Numbered from the stretch's first letter, positions 13,073 through 27,037 are shown. The stretch is DNA of 64,000 nucleotides from Octopus vulgaris (GCA_951406725.2 OX597816.1:23064001-23128000), one strand, 5' to 3'. Program-made: numbers and translations. The notes: generated by a model not told the origin, from the letters alone.

Positions 13073-16000
13073 TCACGTTATGTAATTTTGTTCATTCGTT
13101 AAGGATTTGAGCAAACCATCTACACAACGATCTCATTTGCATGCTACAGTTTCTGGACATATTAATTAGTATGGGAAGACCCACTTCGGTCACGTTATGT
13201 AATTTTGTTCATTCGTTAAGGATTTGAGCAAAACATCTACACAAGATCTCATTTGCATGCTACAGTTTCTGGACATATTAATTAGTATGGGAAGACCCAC
13301 TTCGGTCACGTTATGTAATTTTGTTCATTCGTTAAGGATTTGAGCAAAACATCTACACAACGATCTCATTTGCATGCTACAGTTTCTGGACATATTAATT
13401 AGTATGGGAAGACCCACTTCGGTCACGTTATGTAATTTTGTTCATTCGTTAAGGATTTGAGCAAAACATCTACACAACGATCTCATTTGCATGCTACAGT
13501 TTCTGGACATATTAATTAGTATGGGAAGACCCACTTCGGTCACGTTATGTAATTTTGTTCATTCGTTAAGGATTTGAGCAAAACATCTACACAACGATCT
13601 CATTTGCATGCTACAGTTTCTGGACATATTAATTAGTATGGGAAGACCCACTTCGGTCACGTTATGTAAGTTTGTTCATTCGTTAAGGATTTGAGCAAAA
13701 CATCTACACAACGATCTCATTTGCATGCTACAGTTTCTGGACATATTAATTAGTATGGGAAGACCCACTTCGGTCACGTTATGTAATTTTGTTCATTCGT
13801 TAAGGATTTGAGCAACACATCTACACAACGATCTCATTTGCATGCTACAGTTTCTGGACATATTAATTAGTATGGGAAGACCCACTTCGGTCACGTTATG
13901 TAAGTTTGTTCATTCGTTAAGGATTTGAGCAAAACATCTACACAACGATCTCATTTGCATGCTACAGTTTCTGGACATATTAATTAGTATGGGAAGACCC
14001 ACTTCGGTCACGTTATGTAAGTTTGTTCATTCGTTAAGGATTTGAGCAAAACATCTACACAACGATCTCATTTGCATGCTACAGTTTCTGGACATATTAA
14101 TTAGTATGGGAAGACCCACTTCGGTCACGTTATGTAAGTTTGTTCATTCTTAAGGATTTGAGCAAAACATCTACACAACGATCTCATTTGCATGCTACAG
14201 TTTCTGGACATATTAATTAGTATGGGAAGACCCACTTCGGTCACGTTATGTAATTTTGTTCATTCGTTAAGGATTTGAGCAAAACATCTACACAACGATC
14301 TCATTTGCATGCTACAGTTTCTGGACATATTAATTAGTATGGGAAGACCCACTTCGGTCACGTTATGTAATTTTGTTCATTCGTTAAGGATTTGAGCAAA
14401 ACATCTACACAACGATCTCATTTGCATGCTACAGTTTCTGGACATATTAATTAGTATGGGAAGACCCACTTCGGTCACGTTATGTAAGTTTGTTCATTCG
14501 TTAAGGATTTGAGCAAAACATCTACACAACGATCTCATTTGCATGCTACAGTTTCTGGACATATTAATTAGTATGGGAAGACCCACTTCGGTCACGTTAT
14601 GTAAGTTTGTTCATTCGTTAAGGATTTGAGCAAAACATCTACACAACGATCTCATTTGCATGCTACAGTTTCTGGACATATTAATTAGTATGGGAAGACC
14701 CACTTCGGTCACGTTATGTAAGTTTGTTCATTCGTTAAGGATTTGAGCAAAACATCTACACAACGATCTCATTTGCATGCTACAGTTTCTGGACATATTA
14801 ATTAGTATGGGAAGACCCACTTCGGTCACGTTATGTAAGTTTGTTCATTCGTTAAGGATTTGAGCAAAACATCTACACAACGATCTCATTTGCATGCTAC
14901 AGTTTCTGGACATATTAATTAGTATGGGAAGACCCACTTCGGTCACGTTATGTAATTTTGTTCATTCGTTAAGGATTTGAGCAAAACATCTACACAACGA
15001 TCTCATTTGCATGCTACAGTTTCTGGACATATTAATTAGTATGGGAAGACCCACTTCGGTCACGTTATGTAAGTTTGTTCATTCGTTAAGGATTTGAGCA
15101 AAACATCTACACAACGATCTCATTTGCATGCTACAGTTTCTGGACATATTAATTAGTATGGGAAGTCCCACTTCGGTCACGTTATGTAAGTTTGTTCATT
15201 CGTTAAGGATTTGAGCAAAACATCTACACAACGATCTCATTTGCATGCTACAGTTTCTGGACATATTAATTAGTATGGGAAGACCCACTTCATTCACGTT
15301 ATGTAATATTTGTTCATTCGTTAAGGATTTGAGCAAAACATCTACACAACGATCTCATTTGCATGCTACAGTTTCTGGACATATTAATTAGTATGGGAAG
15401 ACCCACTTCGGTCACGTTATGTAATTTTGTTCATTCGTTAAGGATTTGAGCAAAACATCTACACAACGATCTCATTTGCATGCTACAGTTTCTGGACATA
15501 TTAATTAGTATGGGAAGACCCACTTCGGTCACGTTATGTAAGTTTGTTCATTCGTTAAGGATTTGAGCAAAACATCTACACAACGATCTCATTTGCATGC
15601 TACAGTTTCTGGACATATTAATTAGTATGGGAAGACCCACTTCGGTCACGTTATGTAATTTTGTTCATTCGTTAAGGATTTGAGCAAAACATCTACACAA
15701 CGATCTCATTTGCATGCTACAGTTTCTGGACATATTAATTAGTATGGGAAGACCCACTTCGGTCACGTTATGTAATTTTGTTCATTCGTTAAGGATTTGA
15801 GCAAAACATCTACACAACGATCTCATTTGCATGCTACAGTTTCTGGACATATTAATTAGTATGGGAAGACCCACTTCGGTCACGTTATGTAATTTTGTTC
15901 ATTCGTTAAGGATTTGAGCAAAACATCTACACAACGATCTCATTTGCATGCTACAGTTTCTGGACATATTAATTAGTATGGGAAGACCCACTTCGGTCAC

Positions 16001-16825
16001 GTTATGTAAGTTTGTTCATTCGTTAAGGATTTGAGCAAAACATCTACACAACGATCTCATTTGCATGCTACAGTTTCTGGACATATTAATTAGTATGGGA
16101 AGACCCACTTCGGTCACGTTATGTAAGTTTGTTCATTCGTTAAGGATTTGAGCAAAACATCTACACAACGATCTCATTTGCATGCTACAGTTTCTGGACA
16201 TATTAATTAGTATGGGAAGACCCACTTCGGTCACGTTATGTAATTTTGTTCATTCGTTAAGGATTTGAGCAAAACATCTACACAACGATCTCATTTGCAT
16301 GCTACAGTTTCTGGACATATTAATTAGTATGGGAAGACCCACTTCGGTCACGTTATGTAAGTTTGTTCATTCGTTAAGGATTTGAGCAAAACATCTACAC
16401 AACGATCTCATTTGCATGCTACAGTTTCTGGACATATTAATTAGTATGGGAAGACCCACTTCGGTCACGTTATGTAATTTTGTTCATTCGTTAAGGATTT
16501 GAGCAAAACATCTACACAACGATCTCATTTGCATGCTACAGTTTCTGGACATATTAATTAGTATGGGAAGACCCACTTCGGTCACGTTATGTAAGTTTGT
16601 TAAGGATTTGAGCATTCGTTACAGTTTCTGGATATTAATTAGATGCAAACTTCGGTAACGTTATCTACACAACGATCTCATTTGCATGCTACAGTTTCTG
16701 ACATATTAATTAGTATAAGACCCACTTCGGTACGTGTAAGTTTGTTCATTCGTTAAGGATTTGAGCAAAACATCTACACAACGATCTCATTTGCACAGTT
16801 CATGGGAAGACCCACTTCGGTCACG
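13073..16825. repeat. 117-bp tandem satellite, ~30 near-identical copies plus ~2 scrambled terminal copies
   Basis: TTCGGTCACG recurs at 13185, 13301, 13418 ... 16577 (period 117 +/-1). Confidence 0.97.
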
Positions 16826-17050
16826 AATGACCATGGGATTGCACCTAGAAAGTTGGCCTCCGTTCTTGACTATTTTGTAGAAAACGTTTAGAAGCCTGCT
16901 GTGTGAGTCGCATATTTCCTTGCTCGAACCCATACCATTCGTCCTTTTTTCAAAAACACATCTAGCTGACGCTTCCGTGTTTTCAGCTAAATTCACCAAG
17001 TTTCAATACATACACACGTACACTCACGCACACATATATATGTATATGCT

Positions 17051-17385
17051 GAGACCTCCTTCGGTTGTGACTGACCATGGGATTGCATCTAGAAAGTTAC
17101 CCTCTCAGGGACAAGTCCGGGCAAGGTTGTTTATTGAAGACCAGCAGTCGCCCATGCATACCAGCCTCCACTTTCCACACCACTGATGTTATCCAAGGGA
17201 AAGGCAAAGGCCGATACAGCTTGGCACCAGTGATGTCGCAACTCATTTCTACAGCTGAGATAACTGGGGCAACGTGAAATAAAGTGTCTTGTTCAAGAAC
17301 ACAACACGCAGCGCGGTCCGGGATTCGAACTCACAACTTCACGATTGTAAGCACGACGCTCCAACTACTGAGCCATACACCTTCA
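17051..17385 (-). mobile_element. tRNA-derived SINE family C
   Basis: Minus strand head TGGCTCAGTAG...GAGTTCGAATCCC, body GTGTTCTTGAACAAGACACTTTATTTCAC; homologous to 57350-57680. Confidence 0.85.
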
Positions 17386-17837
17386 CATTAATTAGTATAT
17401 TATAACATATATTTCATGTGTCTCTAAAAAGTATATCAAATGAAATGAAATCCCATATTCGCTCTAAACATTATACATTCATCGTCGTTTATCATAGATG
17501 CATAATTAAAGAAGAAAAAATATTGCTTAGAATGTATCATAGATCATACGAGACAAATGCGTTTCGTTCCGAGACGCCAAGTTATGATGGTGGCTACAGC
17601 GTGCATTTGCTGTCTAAGCAAAATCTTTGACTTTTGACCGGCTAGTGTTATCACATTAATTCGTGATAAGCATAAATGGATTAGTTATGAACGGATCGGC
17701 GATAAACAAAATTATTTTAAATTATAAAACGTTAGATTAAATACTGTTTGCTGGAGACATAAAACACAGTACGGCATATTTGAGGGAATTAACCCATATA
17801 GTATTATATTTATATCGCTATATGATTCCAAAATTCA

Positions 17838-17995
17838 ATGTGGGGTAAGTAGCTTGCTTACGAACCACATGGTTCCGGGTTCAGTCCCACTGCGTGGCAC
17901 CTGGGGCAAGTGTCTTCTACTATAGCCTCGGGGTGACCAAAGCCTTGTGAGTGGATTTGGTATACGGAAACTGAAAGAAGCCCTTCGTATATATG

Positions 17996-18050
<55 letters not shown>

Positions 18051-18262
18051 GTCTGTGTATGTTTGTGTGTCTGTGTTTGTCCCTCCAACATCACTTGACA
18101 ACCGATGCTGATATGTAACTTAGTGGTTCGGCAAAAGATACCGATAAAATAAGTACTAGGCTTCCAAAGAATAAGTCCTGGTGTTGATTTGCTCGACTAA
18201 AGGCGGTGCTCCAGCATGGCCGCAATCAAATGACTGAAACAAGTAAAAGAGTAAAAGAGTAA
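17838..18262 (+). mobile_element. SINE family A
   Basis: Colinear with 12541-12950. Confidence 0.85.
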
Positions 18263-19275
18263 AGTGAGTATACTCTTTTATGAACCAACCTTAAAAGGCA
18301 TATATCCTTATAAATCTTCCTTCAACAGGTCTGTGTAGATTTTTTGTTTTAGATTTTGCACCCCAAGGTAATATTTTGTTTTGTTATATTTTTCTTTTTA
18401 TATTCAAAAGGTCTTACAGGGATTAAAATCTCTCATCATCGGCAGAATGATGAACAATATGAAAGAAATCCCTCTACTAAATTATTTATTTTAAAGAAAA
18501 ATATATGCTGACGGAGCTGTTAGCGTCATATTCAAATACCAGCGTGTGAAATGCCAAATGTTTATCAACTATTTTTGTATGAGGTATTAACTTCAGGCTA
18601 TTTTGTTTGTCTTCGAGATCTCTTAAATGAAATATGGTCGGATGAATGGAAAGCGAAGGAAACAACAACAGTCTGAGTTCTCCCTAACAGTAGTGAAGCT
18701 ATATCTCGAAATTGAGAACATAATCTTTTTAAATCATTGATGATAAAAAGCTTTATATTACCAAAATTAAAACTAAAGCATGCTGTAAAATAAAAAATAT
18801 ACTTTCATTTTTTTTTTAACGCCATGAATTTTCTACCGCTTGGTGGCCCATTTAAATTGCTTACATAATACGATATTCTAAATTCAAGCTATAAATTAAT
18901 GATTGTTGCTGTACATGATATAATTATAAAAGGTTAACGGGTTCATTGATCAAACGATAATTTACATAAAGTCTGAGCAGTGTGGTTAATATGAATAATA
19001 CTGATAATATAGATGTGTTAAATTCAACTCATAATATGACAGATTAATTTTACGTAGATTATAGTGTATCAGCTTTTGACACGGCCGTTCCTGCTAAAAC
19101 TGTTAAAATTTGTTGATTTTGTTTTGTATTTGTTAATAATTAACCTGCTGATAACTCTTTCAAAATTCTAAATCGCTTGATTTTTCAAACACCCACCCAC
19201 ACACACACACATACAAGCACTCAAACACGCACACACAAACACACACGCACAAGCACATACACACACGTCTCTCTT

Positions 19276-19386
<111 letters not shown>

Positions 19387-19815
19387 GTATATATGTATAT
19401 ATTGGAACACCGAATCTCGGAGTAGATAAGTTAAAATAATTGCGTTTAAATATTGGGTTAAAAAAATCTTCTCTTGTAAATATTACTGACATTCTACTAC
19501 TGCACCAAAGCAATGTTTCGATTATATCTATTTCTCCTCCTTTCTCTGTATATATACAATAATATAAATAATATATAAATATATGCATATATACACACAT
19601 ATATGTACATACCTACATATATATGTATATATACATGTATATATGGGTATAGGACATCAAAAACACGTTGAACACAAAGAGAAACGAAAATAAGAACAAA
19701 AACATAGAAACGAATTATTTCTTTTTAAACAAAGAAAAAAAAACAGAGAAACAGGACTACAACATAAAGAATATTCCCCTTCTTCATTTGCCCCTGTTTT
19801 ATCTACTCTGCGCTT

Positions 19816-19896
<81 letters not shown>

Positions 19897-20049
19897 GTAT
19901 ATATATATGTGTATATATATATATGCATATATATATGTATATATATATATATATGTATAGAATAACTTAGAATAACTTAGAAAGGTTTTGGCCAGTATTG
20001 GCCCAGGCCATGTCTAACTTAATAGCACCACCTGGTGAAGTCTTTCAGT

Positions 20050-20764
20050 TCAGAATTTGGGCACCAAGGCCCATTCGAGCAGAGAGTTATTGTTTGCGGA
20101 GACATATCCGGGTGTGGGTGGTTTGTCCGGTACTGTTTGAAGGAATTTGTCCAAAGACTTCTTGAATTTTGTGTGGTCAGTTTCTTTTTTGACGTGCCCT
20201 GGTGTAATGTTGAAGAGAGCAGGTCCAATTGAGGTGAAATAGTTGTGCCGTATTGTCGTTATGTGATGCGATTTAGATTTTTGTTGTGGACGGATGGCAC
20301 GTGGTCCAAGCCTTGGATGCATTTTGAAGGTGATGCCAACATCATTCGGACAGTGCTGGTGGAATATTTTCCACATCATACAGATAATGTAGCGTTCACG
20401 GCGTCGTTGGAGTGAATACAATTTCAGCTTCTCTAGTCTACCCCAGTAGTCACGGTCTGACATGCCATCTATCTTTTTTGTGATTGACCTTTGGGGAGCT
20501 TCAATTCTCATAATATTTTGTTTTGTGTAGGGAGACCACAGTGGACAGCAGTATTCAAGGTGGGGTCGGGCAAAAGTGGAGAAGAGAAGGATAATAGCGT
20601 GGGAATCTCTCGACTGGAAGGTTCTGAGAATCCAGGAACACATTCTGCGGGCCATGTCAACTTTGCTGCTTATATGTGTAGCCCAGCTTATGTTGTTGTC
20701 CACTGTTACTCCCAGGTCTCTGATGTTGTTGGATGCCATGAGAATTTCTCCAGAAGGAAGAGAA
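20050..20764 (-). pseudogene. LINE ORF2 C-terminal part (after the frameshift)
   Basis: RDLGV, RPHLEYCCPLWSP, RLEKLKLYSLQRRRER: typical CR1 ORF2 C-terminus. Confidence 0.88.
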
Positions 20765-23053
20765 TGGGAGTTTCAGAGCGTCCTCCCTTCCAAAGTGGAT
20801 CAGTTCAAATTTGTCTTCATTTAGCAACATGTTATTCTTTTCCGCCCATTGGACAACAGCCAGTAGGTCTGACTGAAGGTTTATTCGGTCATCCACGCCA
20901 TTGATGACCTTCTGGAGCTTGGAGTCATCAGCGAAGGTTCTGATGTTACTGTGTTTGATGGTATCATTTATGTAGATGATAAAGAGAAGTGGGCCCAACA
21001 CAGTGCCTTGTGGGACACCACTGCTGACTTTGGCTGGGCTGGATTTGACTCCTTCGACTACAACATGTTGGGTTCTGTTAGACAGGAAGCACTTGATCCA
21101 CTGCAGCAGCTTTCCAGTGACACCAATATTGGACAGCTTTCTCAGAAGGATCTTATGATCAACCCTGTCAAAGGCCTTGCTGAAATCAAGGTAGATGACA
21201 TCAGTGTTGGAACCTTCTCCCAAGGCTCTCAAAATGTCATCAAAATGATGCAGTAGCTGCGTCAGGCAATCTCTCCCATTACGGAATCCATGCTGGTTGG
21301 GGTTCAGCATATTATGACTCTCAAGGAAGTGAGTCATACGCGATCTCAGCACCCTCTCAAATACCTTGATGATATGAGAGGTGAGTGAGATTGGACGGTA
21401 ATTCACGGCAAGCGATTTGTTTCCTTTTTTGAAAATTGGGACAACAGACTGGGATAGAAGGTCCTCTGGTATATATCCTGCATCCAGTGAGTTCCGCCAC
21501 AGATTGGCTAGAGGGGGTGCAAGTTGGTTTTGACACATCTTCAAGACACAAGCAGGGAACCTATCGGGACCTACTGCTGAATTATGCTTCATTTCCTTTA
21601 TTGCTGCTAAGACATCAGGAGCGCCAAATGTTATGTCCGATAAAGTGTATTGGGGAGTAACATCACTGATACAGCCCAGATCAGTCATATCAGGATTGCT
21701 GAAAATAGAGCAATATTGTTTCTGCAATATCTCTCCCATGGTTTTGGCATTGTCTTGAAGAGTACCATTTTCATCAATCAGAGGGCCAACAGTAGAACCA
21801 GTGACTCTGTGTTTTTTTGCAAATGAAAAGAACACTTTGGGATTGAGTTTGATCTTCTCAATGGCCCAGGCCTCTTCAGCTCTTCGCTGACTATTGATGA
21901 TAGACATAATGTTGTTTTGGAGTTTATGTTTTTTAATCTCTAGCGACGAGATGGCAGTCAGGTTGGTGTGTTGCTGTTGACAGTATTTCAGCATGTTGAT
22001 CTTTTTGTTGATTCTTTTAATTTTCCTTATGAGAGATCTTCTATTTCTAGGGATTCGACACTTAGATTTGTTTGCAGATCTTAATGGGGTGTGTCTTGCA
22101 CATATGTTCATGATGGTGTCTACAAGTGACTGCCAGGACTTTTTAATGTTAGTGGGTGTGTATGTGTGCGTGAAGGACCAATCGACTTGTGCAAGATCAT
22201 TATTGATCGCTTCCCAGTTTGCATTGTGGAAATCCATAGTGTCAAATGGATGAACAGGAGGGATGACATTTGTTTTGCATTTTGGCCAGTGAAATCTCAG
22301 ATCACAGAGAACCATGTCATGGTCGGAGAGTAGGGTTTTCTCCACTGCAATATTGTGGATAGTATCAGTGTGATTGCTGAAAATTAAGTCTAAGACGTTT
22401 TTGTGACATCTCGTTGGTTCGAGTACCAGTTGGGACAAGAAGTCATCCATGAAGTCAAGAAGCGATTCCACTGCCTCCCTGTCAGGGGTTGAGAGAGAAG
22501 AACCTGGCGGCAGACTGTTTGTAGACCAGTCAACCCCGGGAAGGTTGAAGTCTCCCATCATTAAAATGTTGTCAGGTTGACACTGCTGAATGAAACACTT
22601 TATGCTGTTGAGGCATTCCTTGAAGCATGGTAGGGGCGTTTGGGGTGGTCTGTAGAGCCCAACTACTGTTAAGTTGTTGGTTTGACTGAATACAGCGACT
22701 GCTTCGCAGTATCCATTCGAAAATGTGTTCATGGCTTCTGTTGAGAATGAATCATGGACATAAATGGCAGTCCCACCCTTTCTTCTGCCAGCACGATCAG
22801 CACGAATGGTTTTGAAATTTTTAACTTTCACCTCGGCTTCCAAGTGGAGGTCACTAAGATGGGTTTCAGTGAGGACGAAGAAAGGGATGTGGTTTGGATG
22901 GGCCTCGACCCAGTCCTCCAGGAATCTTATCTTCCATTTTTGTGTATTGGTGGAAGGGCTGATGCCTTGGGCATTAAGCAGAAATGCTGAGGCGAGAGTG
23001 GATGGTTTTAATTGTTTTGGTGATTTGTTTATTTGATTGCTTTTTAATGGCAT
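20657..23053 (-). CDS. LINE ORF2: APE endonuclease plus reverse transcriptase (frameshift near 20764)
   Basis: LTETHL, YRPP, MGDFNLP, LDLIF, SDHD (APE); NYRPISLTS, QHGFR, LDFSKAFD, PQGTVLGPLLF, FADD (RT). Confidence 0.93.
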   Translation of the reverse strand: MPLKSNQINKSPKQLKPSTLASAFLLNAQGISPSTNTQKWKIRFLEDWVEAHPNHIPFFVLTETHLSDLHLEAEVKVKNFKTIRADRAGRRKGGTAIYVHDSFSTEAMNTFSNGYCEAVAVFSQTNNLTVVGLYRPPQTPLPCFKECLNSIKCFIQQCQPDNILMMGDFNLPGVDWSTNSLPPGSSLSTPDREAVESLLDFMDDFLSQLVLEPTRCHKNVLDLIFSNHTDTIHNIAVEKTLLSDHDMVLCDLRFHWPKCKTNVIPPVHPFDTMDFHNANWEAINNDLAQVDWSFTHTYTPTNIKKSWQSLVDTIMNICARHTPLRSANKSKCRIPRNRRSLIRKIKRINKKINMLKYCQQQHTNLTAISSLEIKKHKLQNNIMSIINSQRRAEEAWAIEKIKLNPKVFFSFAKKHRVTGSTVGPLIDENGTLQDNAKTMGEILQKQYCSIFSNPDMTDLGCISDVTPQYTLSDITFGAPDVLAAIKEMKHNSAVGPDRFPACVLKMCQNQLAPPLANLWRNSLDAGYIPEDLLSQSVVPIFKKGNKSLAVNYRPISLTSHIIKVFERVLRSRMTHFLESHNMLNPNQHGFRNGRDCLTQLLHHFDDILRALGEGSNTDVIYLDFSKAFDRVDHKILLRKLSNIGVTGKLLQWIKCFLSNRTQHVVVEGVKSSPAKVSSGVPQGTVLGPLLFIIYINDTIKHSNIRTFADDSKLQKVINGVDDRINLQSDLLAVVQWAEKNNMLLNEDKFELIHFGREDALKLPFSSFWRNSHGIQQHQRPGSNSGQQHKLGYTYKQQS

Positions 23054-23844
23054 GTGCAGTGGGGTATTTGTGGTGGATGGTGGTGGGTGATAGCTCGGAT
23101 GTTTTTTTCCAGTTCTTTTGCTAGATTCATTATAGCTAAAAACGAGGAAGAAGAGGTGGTTTCCTGTCTAGTGAACCGCAGGTGACTGTGGCCGCGGCTA
23201 TTTTTATGTGAGTGGTTATCTTTAAATGTCCGACGAGTCCCCGGGAGATGGGTAAAGGGGCAATCCCTGTGCAGACACAATCTGTCTCGCTGGGAATAGC
23301 GGCAGATTTGGTGATTCCTTGTTTGAGATATTGGTGGTTGTGGTGGTGTTGTATTATGGTGGTTGCTGTTGTAGTTTGTGGGGATAGAGCGTTTTGTTCC
23401 AGGTAAATGGGTGAATTTGCAGTCTCTATCAGTGCACAGTCTATGGCGAAGAGAATATCGGCAAATGATTGGGTTTCGAGTGGGTGTGTAGGTGCGTGTG
23501 TGTGTGTGAGTTGTGAAAGGTGTAGATGATAGTTTGTTGAAGTTTTGGCGACCTTTGTGACCTGTAGGAGGTACATTCCTTGAGATAGCATTAGTAGTAT
23601 TAGTTGTAGTAGTAGTAGTAGGTAGAAGAGATGTTGACAGTGGTAATGATTGAGGAGGTCGATTCCAAGACAAAGATGTTTGTCGATACATAGTTGGAGT
23701 AGTACTAGTAGTAGTAAGCAGAGGAGATGGTGTTGACAATGATGATGATTGAGCTGCTGGGGCAGTGAAAGGAAGGGGTGGTGCTTCCTGCTGTGTGACC
23801 CTGATGACTGGGGGGTCAATCGTTTCGTTTAGCAAATCGGCCAT
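23044..23844 (-). CDS. LINE ORF1 with two C-x8-C-x4-C-x3-H zinc fingers
   Basis: CRYSLRHRLCTDRDCKFTH and CRYSQRDRLCLHRDCPFTH; directly upstream of ORF2 with a 10-nt overlap. Confidence 0.75.
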   Translation of the reverse strand: MADLLNETIDPPVIRVTQQEAPPLPFTAPAAQSSSLSTPSPLLTTTSTTPTMYRQTSLSWNRPPQSLPLSTSLLPTTTTTTNTTNAISRNVPPTGHKGRQNFNKLSSTPFTTHTHTRTYTPTRNPIICRYSLRHRLCTDRDCKFTHLPGTKRSIPTNYNSNHHNTTPPQPPISQTRNHQICRYSQRDRLCLHRDCPFTHLPGTRRTFKDNHSHKNSRGHSHLRFTRQETTSSSSFLAIMNLAKELEKNIRAITHHHPPQIPHCTCH

Positions 23845-23852
23845 TGTACATA

Positions 23853-24638
<786 letters not shown>

Positions 24639-25899
24639 CACAGAAATCATTTTCATCTCTAACATTCCTACTGAAAAAACCAGCAATGGCGTCTCTGAAG
24701 TGTTGTTTGACCGATTGGCAAGAATAAACTTCTTTAAATCATAATCCTACACTCATAGATACAACATTTAAGATGTTTTACATCGTATGGTGTTAAGTGA
24801 CTCTAACTAAAATCACAGAATAGTCATGAAGGATGCTGCAATTACAAATCTGCTCAATAATATTTGACCTAGAAATGGACAACGATTTCAACAACAAAAT
24901 ATAACGTATTAACAATAATAAAAAACAAATAACAGATCCAATAGATTTTATATGTTGAACTCTCGTGCACAGCCTAGGATATGCATTGCCGACGCCATAT
25001 TCGGCACGTGATACCCTAATTATCTTGAGCTCACACAACAAAACAATCTAACAATTGTATTGGAAGGCTCCAAACCTAACATATCAAATTCCATTATAAA
25101 ACGTAAATATCATATATAAAAACATCTTGTATTTTTTTCTTTATTCCTTCTATAACTTAGGTTCTATATTTAAATACGTAGACACTGCTGAAAGGCATTT
25201 TTCTTGTCTTTCTTTATTTTGTTTCTGTAGTCACTTATCTTAAAGTTATTTCGTTTAATTGTAGAGATAATTCACACGAAATTCGATATTGGCCGAGGAC
25301 TGGTGATGATGAAACGAGATACAATGAAAAGGAAGATGGATGTTTGGAAAAATAAATGCTCCTTATAAAGATGTAAACATTGATATATACGTGTAAGTGT
25401 AAGCATATTTATGTGTTTTCCGTTGAGTTCGAATGTATGCGTGTGATAGAGGCGACGTAAGAGAACGAACTGGTATGTCGCTATGAAACTACGTATGTGT
25501 AAGCGAATATCTGTGTAGAAAATAACGACACCTCTTATAAATATATATATACATACAACTATCTGGGAAATTCTGATACAAATATCTTCGTGTTTTTCCC
25601 TTCTCTATTTATCTACTGTCTGTATGTATGCACATATGTGCAGTCATACGTATACAAATTGTTTCCGGTGTTCACGTGTTTGCATGTGTAACTGAATACC
25701 GGTATGTGTGTTTTCATCTATGAATATACGTATACTTATATATATATATATAACGAAGGACGTTTACAGATAACATATACTCAAGTAGTGCTGATTACAT
25801 ATATGACGGCGTCCTAATGTGTATATGGTTTTGTTTGATCTCGTTCGCAATTATCAACTATGCATAGGCATATATACACACATACGTAAATATATATAA

Positions 25900-25980
<81 letters not shown>

Positions 25981-26192
25981 GAACATATATACCTATATGT
26001 AAGTATATATGTGTATGTGTGTGTATGACTGTATGTATGTATATATATGCACATATATATGTGTGTGTCTGTGTGTGTATGTGTTTGTTTGTGTGTGTGT
26101 GTGTGTGTGTATGCATATTTATGAAAGTTTATTTGTATACCGACGCATACACACAGACATATACATGCAGAAAGAACGAGAGAGAATGCGAC

Positions 26193-26287
<95 letters not shown>

Positions 26288-27037
26288 GACAGGTTGGGAG
26301 AAATAGATTGAAAAGAAAACACGAGCAGGGAAAGAGAAATGACAGCCATGATGACAATGGGAGGGGTGATAGGATAGCAACGGCTTGCGTGATATAAGCA
26401 ACGAAGGAACGAGTCTTTTGAATGAACGTTAATTACCCAACGTATCTATTTATTTTCTCTGAAATATTTCAGCCTTAGGTTAATTGCTGAAATTGTGATT
26501 ATTTATTTTACCTTTTTTTTGCTTCTATTTTATGGGTTGTTTGGTGATTGATGTGAGACTTGTCTTATAAACAGACGATCTATTTCAATGATGTATTACA
26601 ATATATTCAACTATTTTACAAGACGGAGAAATCTAAACGTTTCCGTTTTTTTTTCTGCTTTGTATTTACAATGTTTTTGAGTCTTTTTTTTTTTTTCTTT
26701 CTTACTTTCCTATATTTTTCATTGAAAAAAATTTCTCCCTCCTTTTTTCACTCCTTCTATTCTCTCTGTATTTTCTTTCTTCATTTATTTCTTTGAATTT
26801 TTTTTTTTTTTTCACTCGAACAATAACCAATAAACTGTTTAGTTAATGCATTTAGAAATCGAAATTGCTACATTAAACTTGTGTGCATTTGACGAAAATG
26901 CCCGGAAGTGCAGCCAAATTGCGCACGCGCTCCTGTGTGCGTTTGCATATATACGTATATGCGTATGAGTATATTTATATAAAATTGTGTGTGCGTATAC
27001 CTACTGATATATGAATATATAGCATCTTATGCATGCA

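Larger units (their letters stand above)
19958..23848 (-). mobile_element. CR1-clade LINE, nearly complete, inserted in a (TA)n tract
   Basis: ORF1+ORF2; 3' tandem tail (TAAGTTATTC)2; (TA)n on both sides; no 5'UTR visible. Confidence 0.9.

Noticed and set aside
13073-16825. CRISPR-like array
   Set aside because: Units are identical over their full length with no unique spacers, no cas genes, and a eukaryotic context
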